From Selaginella moellendorffii (lineage: Eukaryota; Plantae; Lycopodiophyta), in NCBI RefSeq assembly GCF_000143415.4, contig NW_003314300.1:290908-354907 (forward strand): DNA of 64,000 nucleotides, written 5' to 3'. Positions 1 to 10,349 of this stretch are shown piece by piece. A program made the translations under genes and the position numbers. A model generated the notes under the pieces. The model did no database searches and was not told the DNA's origin. It saw only the letters and a program-made list of their open reading frames with translations. The number at the start of each line of letters is the position of its first letter. Positions within the stretch are counted from its first letter, which is position 1.

Positions 1-18
1 CTATTCTTTCACCTGGAG

Positions 19-2480
19 TTAGAGATGACAGGATCCCAGCAAAAGGTCGAACATGGCGTTGGGTGTAAGAAGTGTGGTTCCTCCCATCAACAATTCATCG
101 AAATCTCCCTGCAAGGCTCTCGCCTCCCGCACCTGGAAAACAATATCATTTCTTGCAACGATTCTACTCCGATGATACCTCGACGGCGTTGAAGCCCCCG
201 ATTACAAAAACAAGCAGAACTTTGTGGTCGGAAAGCTTGTGTTTTGCCTGAAAAGAGACAATGTTAGAACGCTTTCAAGACTGTTAGTCATTGCTACCTG
301 TCCAAGCCCGAACCTTCCCAGTCCACTTTTGAGAAAGCGTCCCACTGTGGAGGAGTGGTGTTTCAATCCGGGGATGTCACTGTTCGACAACACCAGCGAC
401 AGAAGCTCGTTGATTACTCCCCGATGAGTTCCAAGGAGGCGTGTCTCCCTCAGTGGATAATGCGTTCTCGCTGCAGCAACTCTGTGTAGAGCATTGAATA
501 GTTCTTGGATCCTGTCGTTTAACTCCAGCTTCAACTGCATCTGTGAATATTCTTGCTGATCGTTGTCTTCCCAACTCTCCCATTGATCTTCGGACCAGTC
601 ATCGGGACTGGAAATCTGATTTTGAGCCTTGGTCTTTTCCTTTTCCCAGTGCATTTCAAGTGCATTCTCCAAGCCTTTCAAGAAGTCCAGCGACGGTTCC
701 GCTGGACCTTTGAGAATCGCATCCGTTACTGCTTCCTTTAAGCTACGTTCTTCCTCCCAAGAGAATGGACCACCTTCCTTCGTACTATATTCTCCAGCGA
801 GCGCGTATCCCACAATGAGTATGGTCAAGGCGTCCCTCAGAGATAGCACGCTGTGATCCGAGGTACTTTGCCTGATTAGATCTTCGAGCTGAGAAGCAAG
901 AGTTTCAATCCCATCTGCAGCACTGATACCGAGTACCCTCTCAGCACTTGCAAATGCCTCCCACTGTGTAACTCGTGCTGCCGTGGTTACTTCCGCAGCA
1001 GCCTTTCCCAGTTGAACAAGACCCGCTTGTTTCAAACCAGCTGAACTGTTGAACAAGGTGGTAGCCAACGAGAAAAGCTCCTTGGAGTTCGTAACCAAAC
1101 GCGATTTTCCCGACACTTCAACCTCTTCCTGCCTTAAGATATCCTGGATCCAGTTTCTGACGAGTAGAGCACCGTCCTTTGCTCTCTTCTCGAATAGTAT
1201 GTCCAGTCGATTCACTCCCTGGAAGTCCCACGCTGTGCAAAGTGAACCAGCAATTTCATAAGTTGTCTCGTCACTGGTTTCAAGGACGAAGGACTTTTCT
1301 TCCTCTAATGTCGGTATTCGAACGTCCATTGATGGCCTTTTGACGGAAGCAGTGCTTTCTTGGTGTGTCTGACGGGGAAGAAACGAATAGATCTTGTCAA
1401 CCAACGAATCTCCATGGCTGGCGGGTGTTATAAGATCGAGAGAACGGTCCAACAGCAGCAGGCCAGCAGTCTTTTTAGCTCGTCCGAAGCCATCACCAGA
1501 GATCTCCGTCAGCTGCTTGCCAACCAGATGTGCCAGTGGACCCAAGCTGAAGATGTCGAACTTCAGATCGAGCTGCAAAAGAAAGAAAAGTTCACAAGAG
1601 AAAACTGAAGAGAAGAGCCTTGAAGTACCTGTCCAGCGAGATCATGGAGAAAATGCGCGTGAAGTGTAGCTCCGGCAGGAGGGAGCTCATCCTCGTCCCA
1701 AGCCAAACCATTGTCGTAAGCTGGTAGTCCGGCACTTAGAAACGAAACCTCTCTTTTGGAGCTGAGAGGAGCCGTGGCAAACGCTGCGGAGGAAGGAAAC
1801 ACGAACACTCTCGGAGTTACTGCGCAGCACAGCATCGGCAAGTGCTTCACAGTAACAGAAGGACCGCTTGAATTCTCAAGCCTCTCCTCGGGAGTGAGAG
1901 CTTTGAGAACATCTTGGAGCAAGAGGTCTTTGTACTCGGTGAAAGCATCGGTTCCCAGCGGAGTATCTCCACAGTTCGAGTGAGCATCCTGCGAGGGACG
2001 GACTTATAAGAAAGACTCGAAGAAGAGAAAGATGAAAAGAACTTTACCTGTGAGATCGAAGAGAGTATAACGAAATGCTGGATCTTCGCATGAGTACGAA
2101 TGCAGCGCAAAACATAGCGATGGGAATCGCTCAGCAGCTGCGACGTCACGATCACAATCCTCGAGAGCTCCTCCACAACTCCATTCCACACAACTGTCTA
2201 AGATCACAGCATTTTCAGTGATCACGCATAGAATTTCACCATACCTCGTCGCAGGCCGACGCATTCTCTAGCTGACACACACCCCGCGCTCCGAGCTGCA
2301 GCAAGAATGGAAGCCCGCCTAGAAAATGGAACGCTTCCAGCGCTCCATCGTCCAGATACACCAAGGCGCCTTGCAAATCCTCGGCTTCCTGGACAAATCC
2401 ATCACAACAAGATCCAAATCGCGATCGATTTCTACCTCGCCAAGGCACTGCTGGCCCGCCTTCACCAGATCGATCGCCAT
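19..2480 (-). CDS. MIP3: Sec1-family domain protein MIP3/SCFD2-like (multi-exon)
   Basis: Spliced N-terminus MAIDLVKAGQQCLGE/EAEDLQGALVYLDDGALEAFHFLGGLPFLLQLGARGVCQLEN; RIVIVTSQLLSDSHRYVLRC; LLLLDRSLDLITP; C-terminus LLMGGTTLLTPNAMFDLLLG* (stop 19-21). All resemble Arabidopsis MIP3. GT-AG introns are visible. Confidence 0.88.
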
Positions 2481-2619
2481 CAAACCCCTCCAAGAATCGA
2501 AATATTTCTAGGGCTCTTGAGCATTTTAGGGTTCATGCTTTTTAACTTTGTAAAAAAATAAACATAGAACAAATGGTTCCAGCCCACACAGGAGAGAAAA
2601 CTTTTTACCACGGTAACTT

Positions 2620-3585
2620 TCACTGGATGGTATTTACTTGACTCCACTCCCCATCCACGGCCTCCTTCCAGAGCGTCACACTGTTGGTAGCATCGGCCAC
2701 TGCCAAGATATTCCCAGTGAGAGACCAGCTCGCTCGCCACACCGGCGATTTAAAATCGTGGAGGAGCTGCCCTTGCCACTGATCGCCCTCGCGCCCCTGC
2801 GTCCAAATCACCACAGTTCCATCCTGGGAAGCGCTGGCGATGGTGTTCTTGGGGAGCCCCAGATTTGGAGCCCAGGCGACGTCTCTCACCCAGTCGCTGT
2901 GCATCGAGAGCGGCGGGAAGCAATCCATCTTCCAGTGCCCATCCGCGAATTTCCACACCTTGACGGTGTTGTCACATCCCCCGGAGACGAGCTTCTGGAT
3001 CAAGCCCGCGCGGCCATCGCCCAGGAGAGATCCGGGCGACGCCGAGGGAGCCCAGGACACCGAGGTGACGCCCACCGGATGGGCTTGCTGGATCTTCACC
3101 CTGTCCCAGGATCCATCCGGCTTGTTCGTGAGCACCGAGATCGTTCCATCCGAGGAGCCGCAAGCCAGGCAGAGGCCGAATTCGTGGGGCGCCCAGGCGA
3201 TGCTATTCACCGACGCTTCGTGCTCCTTGAAGACGTGTGCCTGGATCCACTGGTTCTCGGCGCCCTCTTTCCAGATGATCACCTTGGCATCGTAGGAGCA
3301 CGAGGCGAGGATGGATCCAAACTTTGGATGGCCCCAGCAGATCTGCCACACCGGGCCGTCGTGCCCGCTCAGCGTCGCCAGCAAGTGCTCACCTTGGGAT
3401 CCCTGCGGCACGGAGAAAACCCTGATGGATCGATCCGATGAGCACGTCGCCAGGCGCTTGCCGTAGTAATCCATCTGCGCGTCGTGGACAATGTCGGTGT
3501 GGCCAGATTCGATGCTGTGCGACGACGGCAACTTCTCTCCCGAAGGGACTGGGGACGCATTCACTGCCGCCATCGCTGCCGCCAT
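2620..3585 (-). CDS. SEC13: COPII/nucleoporin WD40 protein SEC13 (intronless)
   Basis: HTDIVHDAQMDYYGKRLATCSSD, HDGPVWQICWGHPKFGSILASCSYD, WVRDVAWAPNLGLP. First true ATG is at 3585 (or 3573). Confidence 0.95.
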   Translation of the reverse strand: MAAAMAAVNASPVPSGEKLPSSHSIESGHTDIVHDAQMDYYGKRLATCSSDRSIRVFSVPQGSQGEHLLATLSGHDGPVWQICWGHPKFGSILASCSYDAKVIIWKEGAENQWIQAHVFKEHEASVNSIAWAPHEFGLCLACGSSDGTISVLTNKPDGSWDRVKIQQAHPVGVTSVSWAPSASPGSLLGDGRAGLIQKLVSGGCDNTVKVWKFADGHWKMDCFPPLSMHSDWVRDVAWAPNLGLPKNTIASASQDGTVVIWTQGREGDQWQGQLLHDFKSPVWRASWSLTGNILAVADATNSVTLWKEAVDGEWSQVNTIQ

Positions 3586-3603
3586 AGCCCCAACTCCCGA
3601 GCT

Positions 3604-3668
3604 CCAAACCCTAGCTCGAGGGTAGGCTCTTAACCTTGTGGTCGTGGGTTCGAACCCCACGGTCGGCG
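3604..3668 (+). pseudogene. tRNA-Lys(CUU) remnant: 3' half intact, 5' acceptor strand and D arm damaged
   Basis: GGCTCTTAACCTTGTGGTCGTGGGTTCGAACCCCACGGTCGGCG matches the anticodon, variable and T arms of plant tRNA-Lys. The 5' part CTAGCTCGAGGGTA lacks ~8 nt, and the acceptor stem cannot pair. Confidence 0.75.
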
Positions 3669-3778
3669 AAATCTCAGCGATGCATTGTTTGTGTGGCCTT
3701 TTGCTTGTTTGCGCTGCGCTTGGGGTATGCGGGCATAGTTTTGTTCTCGCTCCGTTCTAGCCTCCAGAACTTCTGCGT

Positions 3779-4440
3779 TTACTCACAGGCCGGGCTCTCA
3801 CGAAAAGGCTGATCGATTTCATCCGCGGCCCAGAAGTAGAAGTGAAAGAGATTGGAGCAGCGGCAACCTATACGTGTGGATTTCGGCATATCATCAGACC
3901 GCCCGGCACTACCAGCCTGCGTGACGCCGTGAGATACCTCTCTCAGGACGACCACTGCATGATTTTCCTCGATGCTGAAAATGCTTGTTAAGCATTCGGA
4001 CGCAGCTCTGTTACAGAGCTTTGTGCTCATATTGCTTCAACTGCCCGAGTTTCCACTGGCTGATAAATTGGTGCTCTACTTGCCGTGTGGGAAAGATTTC
4101 CATGCGTGACAATAGTAGTGGATGACAACGGGAGTGCAATTCCGAGGGAGAGTAGTGCTGCAGAAGTGCTAGTGCAGTTTGTGAGTGTCTGCGATGTCTC
4201 ACAACACACAGTGCTAGTCCAGTCCAGCCGATCTGAATTATGTTGTTGTCCTGTCTCTAGCTTCATGAAGACAATCGCACCTGCCAATTCTGAATGTGCA
4301 TACTCAAGCAATAGCTTTGGATTTGTACCAGTCACATGCCAATCCACTTGATCCATTTCGATATTGTAAAGTTTGCAGAATTCTACGAGCTCCAGTCCCT
4401 GTGATGAAACTGACAAGTCAAGTTCTTTGATCTCCAACTT
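3779..4440 (-). pseudogene. Remnant of an unknown gene family, paralogous to 18250-20300
   Basis: LELVEFCKLYNIEMDQVDW here vs EELVEFMCEFEVDVDQVDW at ~19700. VVLREVSHG here vs SLLREVKAT at ~20210. ORFs are broken. Confidence 0.45.
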
Positions 4441-4609
4441 TTCTACTGCATGGGGAACTCATTCAGTGTCAAGAAGCCTGCAGTCACTGTGAAGGTTTTT
4501 GACAGAGAGATATTAGTGAGTCTTCTTTGTTCTTACACAACACACCTTGCCAAGGGCTTCTTGTTCTGTCTGCTAGCATAGTGCACTTGATCCCCATTTG
4601 TCCCATGGT

Positions 4610-5424
4610 ATTAGAGTTGGGATAGCACTATGGAAGGAATGAAAGTAGTCTCTCATGCAACATGAGGAAGAATTTTATATCTCACTTATATATGGATGGT
4701 ATATATACATAAAAATTACTATCACATGGGCATAATTACATACCACATCATCTCTACCTCTAACATTCCTATTCATGATTAGGTGAAGCTTGAACCTAAG
4801 CTTGAATTGTGCCTAGTTTGAGATGATGAGTTTGGAGAGTTGATAAGAAAAATATATGAAAAACTCATTAATCAATTACCCAAAACTTGAATTTTGGTCT
4901 TGGCCTTGCTCTTGAGTGCTGTTATGACTTCAATTCAGCCATTAGCATATTAGTTTTGGCTGTGAATTACTACATATAAAAAATCAAATGGAATAACTCA
5001 TATATAAAAGTTTAAATATAAAAGGAAATGGCCCACAAATAAAAATGCATGGTCTTTGGATATTTAGGGTTAGTATTGGGCTATATGACCTAGAGCTTGT
5101 TTTTGAATCTTGACTCAATTTTTTATGTAGGTTGTTGAAATTTTTCAATCTCTCATTAACTTTATACTTTGTTTGTTGCTTGTTACTCACCACCTCGACA
5201 TAGCCTAGCCTAGTGACTTGATTTAACACTTCAAACATCTAACACATCCAAAAGTATTGCAAAAAAGATTGTAATTAAAAGGCTTGTCACTAATCTCTTG
5301 GCCAATAAATGCCATGCTAGGCTTAAAAAGTCAATTGCTCTAATACTATAAAAGCAACTGAGAGATGTGCATATGAGAAGGAAAAACTTTATATCTCAAC
5401 TACATATCATCTCTACTTCTAACA
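4610..5424 (-). mobile_element. Degenerate small LTR element (TRIM-like)
   Basis: Imperfect direct repeats both end ...CATCTCTAC(C/T)TCTAACA (~4765 and ~5424). A decayed Met PBS (GCTCTAATACTA) lies at ~5337-5348. Confidence 0.4.
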
Positions 5425-5899
5425 ACATTTATGAATTCAAGGGAGAAGGTTTTGAGGGATTTAAGATTCATTATAAATTGTACCTATTGTTTTATAGTTT
5501 AGTGAGGATTGTAGATGGAATATAACTAATTTTCCCAAAAAAAAATTTTCTAAATAAAGATATTAGATAAAGATGTTAAATAAAGAAATAGAGTAATTTC
5601 CACAAAAAATCATGAATGAATTCAATATTGTTTGAGTTTGCTATTTAAAATATTTGAACCCAGAGCCAGTAATAAAACACTTTACATAACATGCCATACA
5701 AAACATATAAAGCTCAAACCATAATCCACTCATATACTACTTAATTATCTTTTTTTATTATTTTTTCATCATGGTTCTTTTCTTCCCCTTTTTCCTTATT
5801 TTTCTCTTCTTCATTGTCATTTTCTCTAAGAGGAGATCCATATAGTATTAAATATTTAGAATTCTTTGCCATTTAGTTTTAACATTTAGTTTGTCCAAG

Positions 5900-6800
5900 T
5901 CAATTTTCAACATTCTCATCCTATCTTTCCCCAAATGATTTAGAAATTATGTATTTACTTTAATATATATATAAGCTTCTTTAAATTGGCAAAAAAAAGA
6001 GAATTTTTTGCCTTGGATTAGATTAAGTTTCAAGTACTCCAATTCCTCTCACATGGAGAGGCACATACACAGTAACTAAGCATATGTCATATTATCTTTC
6101 TAAGCTTAAGCATCTCATATCCATACAATTTTCACCAATTAATAAAATATTTTCTTTTATTATGGCTTTGTGCAAGAGGCTTTGTAATGGCTCTCCCTTT
6201 TTAGCCTCTAAATATATTGAATTATTCATCAAGTTTATTTATTAGATTGAAATCTCCTTTAATGTATAAAGTCATGTATTTTTGTTAATTTATATACATT
6301 TCTCTATCCAAAAGAGTATCTAAAAAAGTTGGATTCAAGACATATATTGCACCATGCAAGATACTATGCATCATAAACCATCAACCTTCACCTTTAATTC
6401 TATATTAACAATGAAATTTATGATTATATTCACTTTTACAGCAACTTTTTTTTTTCTTTTTTGCTACCTCCATAAGTCCTTCTATCATTCTTTCCATTAC
6501 TTCAAAAATTAGGCCAAATATAACTTCTTTTTAATTTTCTAGATGTAGCATTTTCAATATCAGAGCTATTATAATTAAAAACTCTAAGCATTTAGTTCAA
6601 AAAATATCATTACCTTTAGCATATTATATTCACTTTAAAACTTCCACTCCTAACTCATGACCATGCGTCTCAAACCTCCCATAAATTTAGCATTTAGAAG
6701 CTAGCTCATGAAATGAACATATAGGTAAAATAAGTTTGAGTTGGTCACAATAACTTTTTAGAATTAAACTTTCAATACATTGTAAAAACTTTTAAGTTTT
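5900..6800 (-). mobile_element. hAT transposase pseudogene, C-terminal/dimerisation region; probably continues to ~9800 beyond the nested insertions
   Basis: Minus-strand translation gives WFMMHSILHGAIYVLNP and W*KLYGYEMLKLRKII*HMLSYCVCASPCERNWST, which are hAT motifs. Many stops. Confidence 0.75.
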
Positions 6801-7483
6801 TTATAATAAAAGTAATGATTTTTTTTTATAAAGATATGAGAAGAGACACCTAGTGATTTAATATCCTCCAAGACAAATTTAGCATATAATAAACACATTA
6901 ACAATGCAAAATTTGAAGAAATTCCTTCTTAAAACGTAAGTTTATAAGTTTGGACTTTCCGAAAGGTCACCCAACCTAATATTATTCGAACCTAAGGATA
7001 CTTAACCCTAAATATTTTAATACCCTTAACCGATTGGAAAAAGGGGTGAATTTTTGTTCATGGGCCCTTTCCTTTTATATTTAAACTTTTATAGATTGTT
7101 TCTCGAGTAGTTCCCTTTGGTTGCTTATAATTTACTATGCTTTCTTGTAAGTTCATGCCCTCGTGAACGGAAGCTGAGAGCCATAGCTCTCCCAAGAGCC
7201 TCACTCTCTTAACACCCTACCCATCAAATCAAGCCCAATTGGAGCAAATTAGACCTGCCAGATGTCAATCAACATATAGTATAATTCCCTTAGCTAATTA
7301 ACAAAGTCAAACCCAAGACCTTTTTGATACCAAATGTAAACTTCTGAGTTTGGACTTCCCGGGAAGTCATCCAGCCTAATATTATTCAAACCCAAGGATG
7401 TTTAATCTTAAATATCCCAAAACTTTTAACTAATTGAAAAAAGAGGTGCACTCTTATTCATGGGCCCTTTCCCTTTATATTTA

Positions 7484-8527
7484 TGTAGTGAATGTGATCA
7501 TGGGATGAGATTTGGATATATTGTCACCATGGATTCTTGGAACTTTAGGAGATAAATGGGGATAAAATAACCATTAAGGGCTCTTTTATCAAGCAATTGC
7601 TTCTTTTTTAGTTGGCTTAAGGGGGGAGAGATAGGGTGTGCTACATGTGGTATCAGAGGAAATAGCACGGGTTCAATTCCTATTGATTATAGGCTATTTA
7701 AAAATATAATATACCCTTGAGCAAAGTATATTTCTATCCCTAAATTTGAAATTGTATATATTAGTCAATAGTTAATGAGGACATTAACATCTTTTGAAGG
7801 GGGGGTGTGAATGAGGACATTAACATCTTTGAAGGGGGGTGTGAATGAGGACATTAACATCTTTGAAGAAGGGGGGGGGGGGGGGGGGGGGTGGTGTGAA
7901 TAAAGACATTAACATCTTTGAAGGGGGGGTGTGAATGAGGACATTGACATCTTTGAAGAAAGGGGGTGTGAATAAGGACATTGACATCTTTGAAGAAGGG
8001 GTGAATCATATGATCATGGAAGGGGTTGTTACTCAATAGTCAATAAGGATTGTCACCATAGATAGTCAATAAGGATTGTCACCGTAAATCCTTGGAACCT
8101 TGGTAGATAAATGGGGATAAAATAACATCTTTGAAAGGGGGGTGTGAATGAGGACATTGACATCTTTAAAGAAGGGGGGTGTGAATGAGGACATTGACAT
8201 CTTTGAAGAAGGGGTGAACCATGTCATCATGGAAGGGGTTGTTATTCAATAGTCAATAAAAATTGTCACTGTAGATAATCAATAAGGATTTTCACCGTAG
8301 ATCCTTGGAACCTTGGTAGATAAATGGGGATAAAATAGCTATTAAAGGCTCTCTCATCAAGTAATTGCCCCTTTTCTAGTTGGCTTAAGGGGAGAGAGAT
8401 AAAGTGCATCGTAGATCTTTAAAACCTTGGTAGATAAATGGGGATAAAATAGCCACTAAAGACTCTCTCATCAAACAATTGCTCTTTTTCCAGTTAGCTT
8501 AAGGAAAAAAAGATAAAGTGCACTATA
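7484..8527 (+). mobile_element. Nested non-autonomous LTR element (TRIM) with tandem PPT-containing repeats
   Basis: 5-bp TSD ATTTA (7479-7483 and 8528-8532). Termini TGTAGTG...CACTATA. First LTR ends CTACA at 7645, followed by PBS TGGTATCAGAG at 7648-7658. Repeated LTR segments at 8050-8527. Confidence 0.8.
7776..8005 (+). repeat. Tandem ~36 bp repeat GAGGACATTAACATCTTTGAAG(G)nTGTGAAT, about 6 copies (more at ~8120-8220)
   Basis: Directly visible, with variable poly-G tracts. Confidence 0.9.
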
Positions 8528-9930
8528 ATTTAAACTCTTATGGATCATCTCTTGAATCACTCCCTTTGGTTACTTATACAAAATTATGCAATTTAATGCA
8601 TTACTAGTGACAATATTATCCATGTAAACCTCCATAATCAATGGATAAAGCTAGTCCCAAAACCATTTCCCAATTTTCTTATTTATTTTAGCATCAATAA
8701 CTTTGATATATAGAACTATCAACTAAGCAAACCATAAAGTTAATTATTGACCACTGTTTTAAATTAAACAAAATATTAACGACAATAGTACCGCTATATT
8801 CACGTCATTATTTTTGCTAAAATGCAAACCTTTTATTTAAATTTTGTATTTGGGGCTCCTATCAGCACCTTATACAACCAAAATCCCATCATTTGAAGGA
8901 AATTGAATAATATTAAATAGAATATTATTTATGAAAAGAAACATAGCAATAAAGTTTTCAAAAGTTTGGTAATGAGTTTTAACAAGCAAGTCCTCTAAAC
9001 TCCCATTTTGAAAATACTTTTTTATAGTGGAAGTAAATCATTTTATGCTAATAGAGGTGCCATTAAAAGCAAATACCTATTATAATTACCCACTCTAGTA
9101 AGATATTGAAATTTTAATATTGCTTACTAATTCAACTTTATCATCTACAACCATAAATATAAAAAAGGCTTCCTTAGCTCTTTTTTTTATATTAGCCAAC
9201 ACCACACCTTTACAAACTTTAATTGTTTATATTTCATAAGTTCAAGATGAGCTTTAATCGTTTTGGGACCTCTTCTATTGCTTTTGTCACATAAATTGCA
9301 TTTCTATTATAACATTTTTTTGCCATATATATAACTTTTTCCATAATTAACATAATATTATTGCCTAATATTTTTTGGTGTTTAGCATTGCTTATAATGC
9401 TAAATCATGATCCCTTCTATACTCACACTCACAATTATAAGTTATAAAAAAAAAATTTACATTTTTTTTGGACTAATTATACAAATTGAACGTATTTGTC
9501 AAATGTGTTTATGAACATTTGTTTTGTATCTTGAACATATTCAATTGCAACACTGAACACTATTAAGTGCGTGATTAAAACATTTGGGATTCGAAGGTTA
9601 AAAGGAGCATTGCAATATGCTTATCCTCAAATGGTTTTTTTACTACTCCATCAATTCCTAGTCCACTACAATAACATTTTAGAAATGGTTGAGCAACACT
9701 TAGAGTGGGATGAATGTTTTCAATATTCATTTATAAATTTACTCCCTCAAGCTAGAGGAAAATAGCAATATCCAAACTCACATTACCAAACTCTAATGCT
9801 TTTTCACACAGTTTGTATCTACTAAGATGAAACACTATTTCAAAGATGAATAGTAAAGGTTGTGGCTTTATAAATCCCTATTAACTAGCTGGAAGAATGC
9901 TACTTCTCCTATTAAAGATAAATACCATCA

Positions 9931-10218
9931 ATGCTTTATTTCGTTAAAATGGGACTTATTTAGTAAAGTGGGACATTTATTAGCATGTGTCCACATGCCA
10001 TTTCCTAGTACTTAATTAATATTTATTAATATTTCTATCAGTTTTTTAATTTATTTTTTTATATTTCACAATATTATAACACAAAATCATATGAAAAGTT
10101 TTTAATTTATAAATTATAAAGTTAAAACTTCAATTTTTTATTGTTGTTATAAAAATGGCATGTGGCCACACACCATAAGTGGGATAATGAAAAGTCCCAC
10201 TTTAACGAAATAAAGCAT
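9931..10218. mobile_element. MITE with terminal inverted repeats and a 4-bp TSD (ATCA)
   Basis: ATGCTTTATTTCGTTAAAATGGGACTT ... AAGTCCCACTTTAACGAAATAAAGCAT, plus inner inverted repeat CCACATGCCATTT/AAATGGCATGTGG. ATCA on both flanks. Confidence 0.8.
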
Positions 10219-10349
10219 ATCAGGAGTCTTTTCAATATTAATGCTATATGGAGTGATAAAATAGAAATGCTATAGGTTATATATGCTTTACAAGTTCCTA
10301 GTGATGCCAAGGTGGCAAAACTATATTTAACAAATAATGCCTAGAAAGG

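Larger units (their letters stand above)
6935..8580 (-). mobile_element. TRIM with 5S-rRNA-derived LTRs (Cassandra-like); one LTR is split by a nested TRIM
   Basis: LTRs at ~6935-7130 and 7335-7483 + 8533-8580. PBS TGGTATCA (minus strand) at 7325-7332, next to an LTR ending TTACA. The LTR contains GGACTTCCCGGGAAGTCATCCAGCCTAATATTATTCAAACCCAAG, resembling the reverse complement of 5S rRNA. Confidence 0.75.

Noticed and set aside
3586-3660. N-terminal extension of SEC13 (MGFEPTTTRLRA)
   Set aside because: Non-ATG start; it is the antisense reading of the tRNA remnant.
6952-7415. Functional 5S rRNA genes
   Set aside because: Only ~60 bp degenerate internal segments, embedded in LTRs.
7776-8220. 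CRISPR-like array
   Set aside because: Head-to-tail repeats without unique spacers, inside a plant LTR element.
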